From NCBI GenBank assembly GCA_041743715.1, contig JBGTMH010000045.1:18092-82091 (forward strand): a DNA stretch of 64,000 nucleotides, read 5' to 3'. Origin of the DNA: Patescibacteria group bacterium. GTDB lineage: Bacteria > Patescibacteriota > Microgenomatia > Levybacterales > UBA12049. A program made the translations under genes and the position numbers. Each line of letters begins with the position of its first letter. Position 1 is the first letter of the stretch. The notes beneath the pieces were generated by a model. It was not told the origin of the DNA. It did not search any database and worked only from the letters and a program-made list of their open reading frames with translations. Below are positions 32,815 through 41,376 of the stretch, in pieces.

Positions 32815-33546
32815 ATGCATAATTTAACCCAGCGACAGATTGAAATTCTGCGCAGTATTATCGAGGAATATATCGAGACAGCTGATCCTGTTGGTTCTGA
32901 AACAATTGAAAAAAAACATAATTTGAGCGCCAGTCCAGCGACCATCCGGAACGAAATGGTTAAGCTCTCTGAGTATGGATATCTCAAAAAACCACACTCA
33001 TCAGCAGGACGTATCCCCACTGCAGCGGGACTTAAATTTTACGTCCGCGAGCTGATGAAAGAGAAAGAGCTTTCGACGGTCGAGGAAGTGGCCTTAAAAG
33101 AAAAAGTGTGGGATTATCGGGAGCGGATGCAACGGTTTCTCAAAGAATCAACACGGTCACTGGCTGAGAAGACAAATACATTGGCGATAGCGACAACCAA
33201 TGAAGGAGAAATCTTTTGTTCAGGGTACGCAAATATTCTTGAGATGCCTGAATTCTATGATATCGATGTAACGAAAAATTTACTTGAAGCGCTTGATGAG
33301 TATGCGAGTATTGAGAATATTTTTTCCAATGCGCATGAAGAAGATGGTATCCATATCTTAATTGAAGATGAGCTTGGCTCACGCCTACAAGGGCCATATG
33401 GATTTATCTATACAGAATATACAACACCGTTAAATGTGCAGGGGAGAATAGGGGTTCTCGGACCAGCGCGATTACGGTATACTTCAATTATCCCGACAGT
33501 TCGTTATTTTGGGGAATTGATCAATACAAGTGCTAAGGGATGGTAA
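32815..33546 (+). CDS. hrcA: Heat-inducible transcription repressor HrcA (short form)
   Basis: LTQRQIEILRSIIEEYIETADPVGSETI, SPATIRNEM, PHSSAGRIPT, GRIGVLGPARLRY. 243 aa against ~340 for typical HrcA. Preceded by SD AGGAAG. Confidence 0.85.
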   Translation: MHNLTQRQIEILRSIIEEYIETADPVGSETIEKKHNLSASPATIRNEMVKLSEYGYLKKPHSSAGRIPTAAGLKFYVRELMKEKELSTVEEVALKEKVWDYRERMQRFLKESTRSLAEKTNTLAIATTNEGEIFCSGYANILEMPEFYDIDVTKNLLEALDEYASIENIFSNAHEEDGIHILIEDELGSRLQGPYGFIYTEYTTPLNVQGRIGVLGPARLRYTSIIPTVRYFGELINTSAKGW

Positions 33547-33588
33547 CTCGAAGTGAGAAGTGCGAAATGAGAAGTGAGAAATAAAAAG

Positions 33589-34089
33589 ATGACGAAGAAA
33601 GAACCTAAAAAACAAAACATAGAAAATTTAGACGAATCTGCTTTTGAAGATGAATTGGTGAAATTACGGGAAGAGTTTGAGATAACGCAGCAAAGAATTT
33701 CTGAGTCGGAAGAAAAGTATAAAAGAGCGCTAGCGGACTATCAGAATTTGCAAAAAAGGTCATATGAGGATCGTCAAGAATGGATACGATCGGCAAATAA
33801 AGAATTACTCTTGAGAATTTTAACTATTTTGGATACAATGATATTGGCATACCAGCATAGTCAAGATAAAAATTTACAGATAAGTATCAATCACTTTTTG
33901 GATATTTTAAAATCAGAAGGAGTGACAAGAATCGAAACTGCGGGACAAGAGTTCAGCCCAGTCTCTATGGAAGCGATTGCAACTGCAGAAGGTGAAGAAG
34001 GGAAAGTTATTGCTGAAACGAGAGCTGGGTTTATGTTACATGATAAATTATTGCGAGCAGCGCAGGTTACAGTTGGTAAAAATGGTTAA
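33589..34089 (+). CDS. grpE: Nucleotide exchange factor GrpE
   Basis: KYKRALADYQNLQKR, LLRILTILDTM, FSPVSMEAIA, LLRAAQVTVGK. Start taken at ATG 33589 (ORF-track GTG 33574 is also possible). Confidence 0.85.
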   Translation: MTKKEPKKQNIENLDESAFEDELVKLREEFEITQQRISESEEKYKRALADYQNLQKRSYEDRQEWIRSANKELLLRILTILDTMILAYQHSQDKNLQISINHFLDILKSEGVTRIETAGQEFSPVSMEAIATAEGEEGKVIAETRAGFMLHDKLLRAAQVTVGKNG

Positions 34090-34144
34090 ATTGCTATATT
34101 GTTAAATTGTTGAGATCAATTTAGCCATATAACAATTTAGCAAT
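34090..34144. repeat. Imperfect AT-rich hairpin between grpE and dnaK
   Basis: ATTGCTA(T)ATTGTTA at 34090-34104 pairs with TAACAAT(T)TAGCAAT at 34130-34144 (14 pairs, 1 mismatch). A further AATTG/CAATT pair lies across an 8-nt bulge. Confidence 0.55.
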
Positions 34145-34161
34145 GAAACAGGAGAACAATT

Positions 34162-36081
34162 ATGGGAAAAATAATAGGTATTGATTTAGGGACAACAAAT
34201 TCATGTGTGGCTGTGATGGAGGGGGGCTCACCGAAGGTGATTCATTCTGCAGAAGGGCGTAACACAATTCCTTCAGTGGTTGATCCAAAAACACATGTGG
34301 TGGGTGATGTTGCAAAAAGACAACTGGTTTTGAAGTCAAAGCAAACGATTTTTTCAATCAAACGGTTGATGGGGAAGAAATTCAGTGATCCAACGGTCCA
34401 GGAAGATATCAAGTGGCTTCCCTACACTATCAAATCCGGCCGTGATGACATGGCAGTTGTGGAAGTGGATGGTAAGACCTATACACCGCAAGAAATTAGC
34501 GCAATGATTTTACAGAAGATCAAAGCGGATGCTGAATCGTACTTGGGTGATAAAATCACACAAGCAGTGATTACCGTTCCTGCATATTTTGACGACAGTG
34601 AACGGCAAGCGACCAAACAAGCTGGAGAAATCGCAGGCCTTGAAGTCCTCAGAATCATTAACGAGCCAACTGCGGCAGCGCTCGCATATGGACTCGACAA
34701 GAAAAATGCCCACACTATAGCGGTCTACGATCTGGGTGGAGGAACATTTGATATTTCAATTCTTGAGCTTGGTGAAGGTGTGTATGAAGTGAAATCCACC
34801 AATGGTGACACCCATCTGGGTGGAGATGATTTTGATAAAAAGATTATTGATTATATTGCCTCAGAGTTTCAGAAAGAAAACAATGTTGATCTGATGCGCG
34901 ATCCACAGGCGCTTCAGCGGCTCAAGGAATCGGCTGAAAAAGCAAAGATTGAACTCTCCACGTCACAAGAAGCACAAATTAATCAGCCATTTATTACTCA
35001 AGGCAAAGACGGCCCGTTGCATCTGACAATGACCCTGACCCGTGCCAAGCTTGAGCAGATTGTTGATGATTTGGTACAAAAAACACTTGGCCCGGTTGAA
35101 AAAGCACTCAAAGACGCAGGCAAGAAAGTTGCAGACATTGATGAAGTCATAATGGTGGGTGGTATGACCCGCATGCCAAAAATTGTTGATGCTGTCACCA
35201 AATTCTTCGGCAAAGAAGCTAACCGTTCAGTCAACCCAGATGAAGTCGTCGCCATAGGAGCAGCTGTACAGGCTGGCGTATTAGGTGGAGAAGTAAAAGA
35301 TGTGTTGCTTTTGGATGTCACACCATTGACCCTGGGTATTGAGACATTGGGGAGTGTTTCAACACCGCTTATCAATAGAAATACGACTATTCCAACTTCC
35401 AAATCGCAGGTGTTCTCAACGGCAGCTGACAATCAAACCCAAGTTGAAATTAATGTCCTCCAAGGCGAGCGGCCCATGGCAGTGGATAACAAAACACTTG
35501 GAAGATTTATCCTCGATGGCATCCCTCCAGCACCACGGGGTGTCCCACAAGTTGAAGTGACTTTTGATATTGATACCAACGGTATTCTCAACGTTACCGC
35601 AAAAGACAAAGCATCCGGCAAAGAACAAAGTATCAAAATCACAGGCAGTACAGGTCTCTCAAAAGAAGAAGTTGAAAAGATGACCAAAGAAGCAGAACTC
35701 CACGCGAAAGAAGATGAAGAGAAGAAAGGCAAGATTGAAGCCAGAAATCATGCAGACGCGCTTATCTTCACAGCTGAAAAATCACTCAAAGACGGTGGAG
35801 ACAAAGTCGATCCCGCAGTCAAAACAGAAGTTGAAGAAAAGATGAAAGCCCTGAAAGACATTTTAGACAGCGGCAGCAAAGAAGAACTAGAAACAAAAAC
35901 AAAAGAACTCTCAGAGTCACTACAAAAAATAGGAGAAGCAGCCTATCAACAAGGCCAACAAGCGCAAGAACAACCAGAGATTGAAAAAGAAGAAAAAGAA
36001 GGCACCCCAGCAGATGAGGCTTCTGATAATAAAGACAAAAAGAGTAAAGAGAAGCCGGTTGAAGGTGAAGTTGTGGAGTAA
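34162..36081 (+). CDS. dnaK: Molecular chaperone DnaK (Hsp70)
   Basis: [29 protein letters not shown]. 639 aa. SD AGGAGA upstream. Confidence 0.95.
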   Translation: MGKIIGIDLGTTNSCVAVMEGGSPKVIHSAEGRNTIPSVVDPKTHVVGDVAKRQLVLKSKQTIFSIKRLMGKKFSDPTVQEDIKWLPYTIKSGRDDMAVVEVDGKTYTPQEISAMILQKIKADAESYLGDKITQAVITVPAYFDDSERQATKQAGEIAGLEVLRIINEPTAAALAYGLDKKNAHTIAVYDLGGGTFDISILELGEGVYEVKSTNGDTHLGGDDFDKKIIDYIASEFQKENNVDLMRDPQALQRLKESAEKAKIELSTSQEAQINQPFITQGKDGPLHLTMTLTRAKLEQIVDDLVQKTLGPVEKALKDAGKKVADIDEVIMVGGMTRMPKIVDAVTKFFGKEANRSVNPDEVVAIGAAVQAGVLGGEVKDVLLLDVTPLTLGIETLGSVSTPLINRNTTIPTSKSQVFSTAADNQTQVEINVLQGERPMAVDNKTLGRFILDGIPPAPRGVPQVEVTFDIDTNGILNVTAKDKASGKEQSIKITGSTGLSKEEVEKMTKEAELHAKEDEEKKGKIEARNHADALIFTAEKSLKDGGDKVDPAVKTEVEEKMKALKDILDSGSKEELETKTKELSESLQKIGEAAYQQGQQAQEQPEIEKEEKEGTPADEASDNKDKKSKEKPVEGEVVE

Positions 36082-36104
36082 CGATTTGTTACAAACGTCG
36101 CTGT

Positions 36105-36131
36105 AAACACCCCAGAGTTAAGGGGTTTTTT
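36105..36131 (+). terminator. Weak intrinsic terminator after dnaK
   Basis: CCCC 36110-36113 / GGGG 36122-36125 with an 8-nt loop, flanking A/T pairs, and a run of six T at 36126-36131. Confidence 0.45.
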
Positions 36132-36145
36132 ATTGGTCACAAAGA

Positions 36146-37099
36146 ATGATTACTCTTGAGGAAATAGATAGAAGAGGGTATGAATTTGTCTTTGGCGACC
36201 GCAGTTTTGTAGAGAACGCCCCAAATCAAACGATAAAACTTTTTGCGGCCCACGTGCATACTTCATACAGCGATGGCATTCATGCTCCAGAACAAGTTAT
36301 ATACGCTGCTGCATCGTTGGGCATTGACGCGATTACGTTAACTGATCATGATACCAATGAAGGGAATCTTGAGTTTGCTGAATTAATCAAAAGTTATGGT
36401 CTCGATAACTATCAAGGGGTAGAATATACGTCCTTTGTTGAACTGCCAAGTGGATTGTTACAACCAGCACATTTAATTGCTCAAAAAAACGAGAAAGGCA
36501 TAGAAACACCTTTGATTGTGCCCAAAAAAGTATTGCCTCCTGAAGAAGTTATTGTAGAAATGCACAATCAAAATGCTTCTGTAACAGGACCACATCCGAA
36601 TCATCACCACGACTCTCTAACAACACCAGTAATCATAAAAATACAATCAAATTCTGAACAAAGGAATAGATTGGATTTTCTTGAAGTTGACAATGGAGCT
36701 ATCCGTCAGTTAGAACATGTAGCCGATGTGTTGGGGCCTCTCGGGTGGATTATGCGGAAAATGGATAAAATACCTGCAGTCGGAGGCAACGAAGAAGCTA
36801 GAATAATCTATGAACATCTCAAAGATCGTAGGAATACGCTTCATCCTGTGAACGCAATAGCCGGGTCTGATTCACATAGAGCAGGTGATGTTGGAAAAAC
36901 AGTGGTGGGGTATTTAGGTGATAATCCGATTAAGGCAGCAAAATCAGGAGATATTATAATCCTTGCTCAAAAGCCAACCATGTATTCGTTCAGGGAATAT
37001 TTGCAGTTTCATCGGCGAGCTAAACGAGTGGATAATAATTGGCATAATCGAATGACTCGGCAAACAGCTCAAGGACGGGCTATGCTATCAGCGGCTTGA
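36146..37099 (+). CDS. PHP-domain (polymerase/histidinol phosphatase-like) metal-dependent phosphoesterase
   Basis: HVHTSYSDG...GIDAITLTDHDT and a late GSDSH motif. Inserted between dnaK and dnaJ. Confidence 0.7.
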   Translation: MITLEEIDRRGYEFVFGDRSFVENAPNQTIKLFAAHVHTSYSDGIHAPEQVIYAAASLGIDAITLTDHDTNEGNLEFAELIKSYGLDNYQGVEYTSFVELPSGLLQPAHLIAQKNEKGIETPLIVPKKVLPPEEVIVEMHNQNASVTGPHPNHHHDSLTTPVIIKIQSNSEQRNRLDFLEVDNGAIRQLEHVADVLGPLGWIMRKMDKIPAVGGNEEARIIYEHLKDRRNTLHPVNAIAGSDSHRAGDVGKTVVGYLGDNPIKAAKSGDIIILAQKPTMYSFREYLQFHRRAKRVDNNWHNRMTRQTAQGRAMLSAA

Positions 37100-37121
37100 G
37101 GAAGATGTTTTTGCTTAGAGG

Positions 37122-37130
37122 TGGTATAAT
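37122..37130 (+). promoter_or_regulatory. Extended -10 element TGGTATAAT upstream of dnaJ
   Basis: TGg + TATAAT at 37122-37130 with no convincing -35 box. The dnaJ ATG follows 12 nt later without an SD. Confidence 0.35.
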
Positions 37131-37142
37131 AAAGTAATCATT

Positions 37143-38024
37143 ATGGCGGACAATAAAGATTACTATGACATTTTAGGGGTTTCGAAATCTGCAACGGCGG
37201 AGGAGATAAAGAAGGCTTATCGGAAGTTGGCTTTGCAGTATCATCCTGACCGGAATAAGTCCAAAGATGGAGAGGGGAAATTTAAAGAAGTTACAAAGGC
37301 ATATGAAGTCTTGTCCAATGTGGAAAAACGGAAGTCGTACGACCAGTTCGGACATGCGGCTTTTGAGCAGGGAGCAGGTCAAGGTGGTCCGGGTGGGCAG
37401 CAGGGGGGAGGACAGTATGGGCCGTTTACGTATACTTATTCCAATAATAATCAGGGTTTTGACATGGGTGGATTTTCCGATCCATTTGAAATTTTTGAGC
37501 AATTCTTTGGCGGTGGATCGCCGTTTGGTCAACAAGCAAGACGGCCCGTTTATTCACTTTCATTGACTTTTTCCGAAGCTGTTCACGGGACAGAGAAAGC
37601 AGTAACCATAAATGGCAAAAAACAACAAATCAAAGTACCCGCCGGTGTTGACAGGGGTTCGCGTATACGATTTGATGACTATGATGTCATTCTTGATGTG
37701 ACACCAGACAGTAGATTTGGACGAGAAGGGTACGATATTATTACCGAAGAAGAAGTGTCATACGCGCATGCCGCATTAGGAACAGAACTTTCGGTTGAAA
37801 CCATCGATGGTGCAATAAAATTTAGGGTACCCGCCGGAACACAACCCGGGACTCTCATCCGCTTAACCGGTCGAGGCGTCCCTCGTCTGAGAGGTGGGGG
37901 TAAGGGAGATCATTATGTAAAAATAAAAATAGTCATTCCTAAGAAACTGAGCCACAAACAAAAAGAGCTCCTCGAAGAGTTGGAGAGAGAAGAACATAAA
38001 GGAAAAGGCTGGTTTAGTTCTTAA
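37143..38024 (+). CDS. dnaJ: J-domain co-chaperone (DnaJ/CbpA type, lacks the Cys-rich zinc-finger domain)
   Basis: DYYDILGV...YHPDRNK J-domain, G/F-rich linker and C-terminal substrate-binding domains. No CxxCxGxG repeats are present. Confidence 0.85.
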   Translation: MADNKDYYDILGVSKSATAEEIKKAYRKLALQYHPDRNKSKDGEGKFKEVTKAYEVLSNVEKRKSYDQFGHAAFEQGAGQGGPGGQQGGGQYGPFTYTYSNNNQGFDMGGFSDPFEIFEQFFGGGSPFGQQARRPVYSLSLTFSEAVHGTEKAVTINGKKQQIKVPAGVDRGSRIRFDDYDVILDVTPDSRFGREGYDIITEEEVSYAHAALGTELSVETIDGAIKFRVPAGTQPGTLIRLTGRGVPRLRGGGKGDHYVKIKIVIPKKLSHKQKELLEELEREEHKGKGWFSS

Positions 38025-38126
38025 ATGAGTTGAACACCCTCAAATACTTTTTCACTCTGATGGCATGCGATTTCTCGTACTCTTTGCTATTTGCTTTTTA
38101 ATAATCCCCTATGCTAGTGTTAAATT

Positions 38127-38429
38127 ATGGCCAATTTTAACTGTTCGTTGAGCGAAATATCAACTGATCTGGGATGTTTCCCAAATGATCCGATTGGATT
38201 TGTACAGAAATTTTATGCTTATGGGTTGGGTTTTGTTGCCGGTATCGCGCTTCTCTCTCTTATTTGGGGAGGTTATTCCATTCTTATGTCAAAAGGCGAG
38301 CCATACAAGGTGAATATCGGAAAAAGCTATATTTTTTATGCAATTTGTGGATTACTCCTCGCCATTTTCGGTTATGTCTTTATCCAAGTAGTGGTAGTTG
38401 ACATATTGAAGGTTCCTGGGTTTAAATAG
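38127..38429 (+). CDS. TrbC/VirB2-like type IV secretion-type pilin (CPR 'pilin' family)
   Basis: 100 aa with two TM helices flanking SKGEPYKVNIGKS and a C-terminal VDILKVPGF. Paralogous to the C-terminus of the 31484-32776 product. No signal peptide in this frame (see findings). Confidence 0.7.
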   Translation: MANFNCSLSEISTDLGCFPNDPIGFVQKFYAYGLGFVAGIALLSLIWGGYSILMSKGEPYKVNIGKSYIFYAICGLLLAIFGYVFIQVVVVDILKVPGFK

Positions 38430-38435
38430 AGATAG

Positions 38436-41330
38436 ATGAAAAAATTACTGCCCTTATTGTTCGTTGGTGTTTTTGCGCTTGTCGTACTTTTATTGCCATC
38501 TTTAGTTTCTGCGCAGGGGATAGGTCCAGGCCGTCCTAATCCTATTCAACAACTACAGCCAAATCAAAATGCTTCCAGCAGTGCTCAACCTCAACCAGAG
38601 AATAGTTCAATCTGGGTCATTGATCCCGAGGTTACCTTCATAGGTAAGAATGCTGCCCGTGCAGGAGTGTTTTTGGACTGGACACTGAAAAATTACAATT
38701 GGGTTTGTGTCAATAAAGTCAATGAACGCCAATGTGATGACAGTAATAATCCAATTGCCAAATATTGGTCTTTGATCGTTCTCTATATCGTTGTTCCACT
38801 GCTTTTTGTGGTCATTTTATTCACCTCAGCTATTATTATCATTACCCGGGGCAAAAGCTTGACCATTATGCGTTTTATTCCTCGTTTTGTGGCTGTTGTT
38901 CTCTTGATTGTCTTCTCGTATTCGTTACTACAATTCTTTTACCAGTTTACAGATTTGATACAAGGCTTTTTCCTCAGGTCTGATATCAATAAGCCATGTC
39001 CGCCTGATTGTATCCAGCAAACAGACTTATTATATGTGGGTTGGAAATACAAAACCTTTATTGGTCTGCGTTTATTGGGAGATCAGAATGCTGAATCAGC
39101 CTTTATATCGCTTCTCTTAACCAAATTAACAGCACTCACCTATTTTGTAATGGTATTTTTGCTTCTGGTGAGAAAGATTATTTTATGGTTTTTCATTATT
39201 GTTTCACCTATTTTCCCAATACTTCTTCTTTTCTACCCTGTCCGAAACACAGGTAAAATTTGGATTGGTGAATTCTTTAGGTGGCTATTATATGCTCCAC
39301 TTTTTGCGATTTTCCTTAATGGTCTTGTCTATCTGTGGAAGAATCAAATCCCGCTCGTTTTTGTGAATCCGAACATCGGGAATGCAAGCCAAATCGTTTT
39401 CCCAACCGCTGTTAACATATTGTTGGGTGGTCCGAGACAGTTCGTGACGCCAACCAATAGTGTCAATTTAGTTGAAACATTTGCGCTCTATGTGGTATCA
39501 CTTATCATGCTTTGGATTGTCATTTTGCTACCATGGATTCTGTTGCAGATTTTTCTCGACTACGCCTCCAATTTTGCACCTGGGGATACTGCTGTGATGA
39601 AGACGCTTGTAAATATGGCATCAAATCGCCCATCCCAACCTGGTGGAGGCGGTGGTAGTCAGCCACCTTCTCAAGGAGGAGGAGCAACGCTCAACTTGCC
39701 GTTCTCTAAAAAGTTTTCTATTCCTAAGGATCTGCAAAACAAACCCGCAGGTGAGGCAAAGGAGATTAAGATTGATAATGCAACCCTTAGCAATGCAACC
39801 TTTAATAAACCAGCATTCATTCCTAATGCGACGGTAAATACTGTTAATGTCGCGACAAATGTACCAACAAGTACAAATGTTCCAATAAATACAGCCGCAA
39901 ATATACCGGCGAATGCAGAGGTACTGACTCTTGCGAAGGTGAAGCTTCCTACGATGCGAGATATTGCGAAATATGATACCGCGCTTACCTCTCGTAGCCA
40001 GACCAAGCTCCAAGATGTTGCTGTTACGACACAGGCTCTTATAAGTATTGCCAATCCAGCTGTTTCGACTGTTGATAAAGAGCAGTACACAGAAATTCGT
40101 GAAAAAATCGTTGAGAAAAGTCAGCAAGGAAATATCATGGCTAGCTCTATACTCAATGCCGCAAAAGTTGCTTCTCAAAAAAATACCCAAGTGTCCAATC
40201 AGCAAGTGAAAGAATCGCTGAAGCAAATGGCAAATCCTGCGTCAGCCCCGAATACCAATAGAGACAAGATGAGTCGATTGAACAATATGCTTCAAAAAGA
40301 AAGCAGTACGAATAATAATCAAATTGCATCAAAAATTTTGAAAGTGTCTGATAAGACATCAGATAAAGAAATAGAATCACTGAAAAATAATCTCTCAGCA
40401 ACAGCGTCGAGCCATGTAAGTAAATCAGTTAATTCAGCCATCTCTCATGATGCACAAGCAACAACAAAGATAAAGGATGTGCTGAAGCAAGTAGCAGCAC
40501 CTGTTTCTGGAGCTACGGCACCAGGAGCTAAATCTGCTGCACCGCAACAGGTGACAAAGCTTCGTGGCACTTTAGAAAAAGCAAGCAAAGAAGGAAATCA
40601 GCTTGCAACATCTATACTCAAAGTTAATGATAAAACATCAGCTGATGAGATAGTAGCTCTTCAGAAGAAAATTCAAGAAGCAAAAGCAAAAGGTGAACCA
40701 GTTGCGACCGAGGTTGCAGCATTGGCTGAGCAGACTGCTGCACTGCCTACAGTAAACAGAGTACAGACAGTGAGCAAAGAAGACTACCAGGCGGTACGGG
40801 ATATGTGGAAACAAAATTACCAGAATCTAGAGGTACCTCAAGGTATGGCTGGTACACGTGCAGAGTGGATTAAGGACGATATAGCAAGTATCGATGAGAC
40901 AATTGGTTTACTTTCCTCTTCAGATCAAGACAAAGTCGAAGAAGGTATGGAGCAAGTATCCAATCTTATGCCCTTCCTGATGATGGGTGGTTTCTCTCAG
41001 ACAGAAATTGTTGATTACTTAAAAGCCAAACAAGATGCTGCCAAAGATATATCTCAGGTACTTACGAAAGAAGAAGAAGAACAAGTGACTGTCGGAACCA
41101 AACACGTTGCAGCAGAAGGTCACTTGGAAGCAACATTGGAAGATGATGAAAAGTCACCTGAGCAAAAAGCGAAGGAGGAAAACAATGCCGAAATCAAACC
41201 AGAAGGCCAGGAGAAGGAAAAACAAGCAGAAGACGCGAGTAAAACACCTACTGTAGATAAAGAGCCAGAAGACCCAATGGATAAAGTTGAGGCTGTAGAA
41301 AATGATAAGAACAAACCTGAAAATAAATAA
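38436..41330 (+). CDS. Large polytopic membrane protein with a long C-terminal repeat-containing tail
   Basis: 964 aa: signal peptide (LVSAQG), ~7 TM helices up to aa ~390, G/P/S linker (PSQPGGGGGSQPPSQGGG), three copies of a helical module (nt 40008-40735), then an acidic tail. Position next to the pilin is reminiscent of TrbL/VirB6, but I cannot verify homology. Confidence 0.7.
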   Translation: MKKLLPLLFVGVFALVVLLLPSLVSAQGIGPGRPNPIQQLQPNQNASSSAQPQPENSSIWVIDPEVTFIGKNAARAGVFLDWTLKNYNWVCVNKVNERQCDDSNNPIAKYWSLIVLYIVVPLLFVVILFTSAIIIITRGKSLTIMRFIPRFVAVVLLIVFSYSLLQFFYQFTDLIQGFFLRSDINKPCPPDCIQQTDLLYVGWKYKTFIGLRLLGDQNAESAFISLLLTKLTALTYFVMVFLLLVRKIILWFFIIVSPIFPILLLFYPVRNTGKIWIGEFFRWLLYAPLFAIFLNGLVYLWKNQIPLVFVNPNIGNASQIVFPTAVNILLGGPRQFVTPTNSVNLVETFALYVVSLIMLWIVILLPWILLQIFLDYASNFAPGDTAVMKTLVNMASNRPSQPGGGGGSQPPSQGGGATLNLPFSKKFSIPKDLQNKPAGEAKEIKIDNATLSNATFNKPAFIPNATVNTVNVATNVPTSTNVPINTAANIPANAEVLTLAKVKLPTMRDIAKYDTALTSRSQTKLQDVAVTTQALISIANPAVSTVDKEQYTEIREKIVEKSQQGNIMASSILNAAKVASQKNTQVSNQQVKESLKQMANPASAPNTNRDKMSRLNNMLQKESSTNNNQIASKILKVSDKTSDKEIESLKNNLSATASSHVSKSVNSAISHDAQATTKIKDVLKQVAAPVSGATAPGAKSAAPQQVTKLRGTLEKASKEGNQLATSILKVNDKTSADEIVALQKKIQEAKAKGEPVATEVAALAEQTAALPTVNRVQTVSKEDYQAVRDMWKQNYQNLEVPQGMAGTRAEWIKDDIASIDETIGLLSSSDQDKVEEGMEQVSNLMPFLMMGGFSQTEIVDYLKAKQDAAKDISQVLTKEEEEQVTVGTKHVAAEGHLEATLEDDEKSPEQKAKEENNAEIKPEGQEKEKQAEDASKTPTVDKEPEDPMDKVEAVENDKNKPENK

Positions 41331-41376
41331 CACTTGCTGTTTATCCTGTTTTAGTATTTAATAAAGAATAACCTCT

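Noticed and set aside
33548-33588. Direct repeat AAGTGAGAAGTG / AATGAGAAGTG between hrcA and grpE as a regulatory element
   Set aside because: It is a short purine-rich duplication that also provides the possible GTG start and SD-like context of grpE. There is no symmetry or further copies to support a site.
34090-34144. Second CIRCE/HrcA operator in front of dnaK
   Set aside because: The arms contain TGCTA...TAGCA, which is everted relative to CIRCE (TAGCA...TGCTA), and the spacing is wrong. It is kept only as a generic hairpin.
38113-38151. Programmed -1 ribosomal frameshift joining the signal-peptide ORF to the pilin ORF
   Set aside because: There is no X-XXY-YYZ slippery heptamer or obvious downstream stimulatory structure in the overlap. 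A 1-nt indel is the simpler explanation (reported as a finding).
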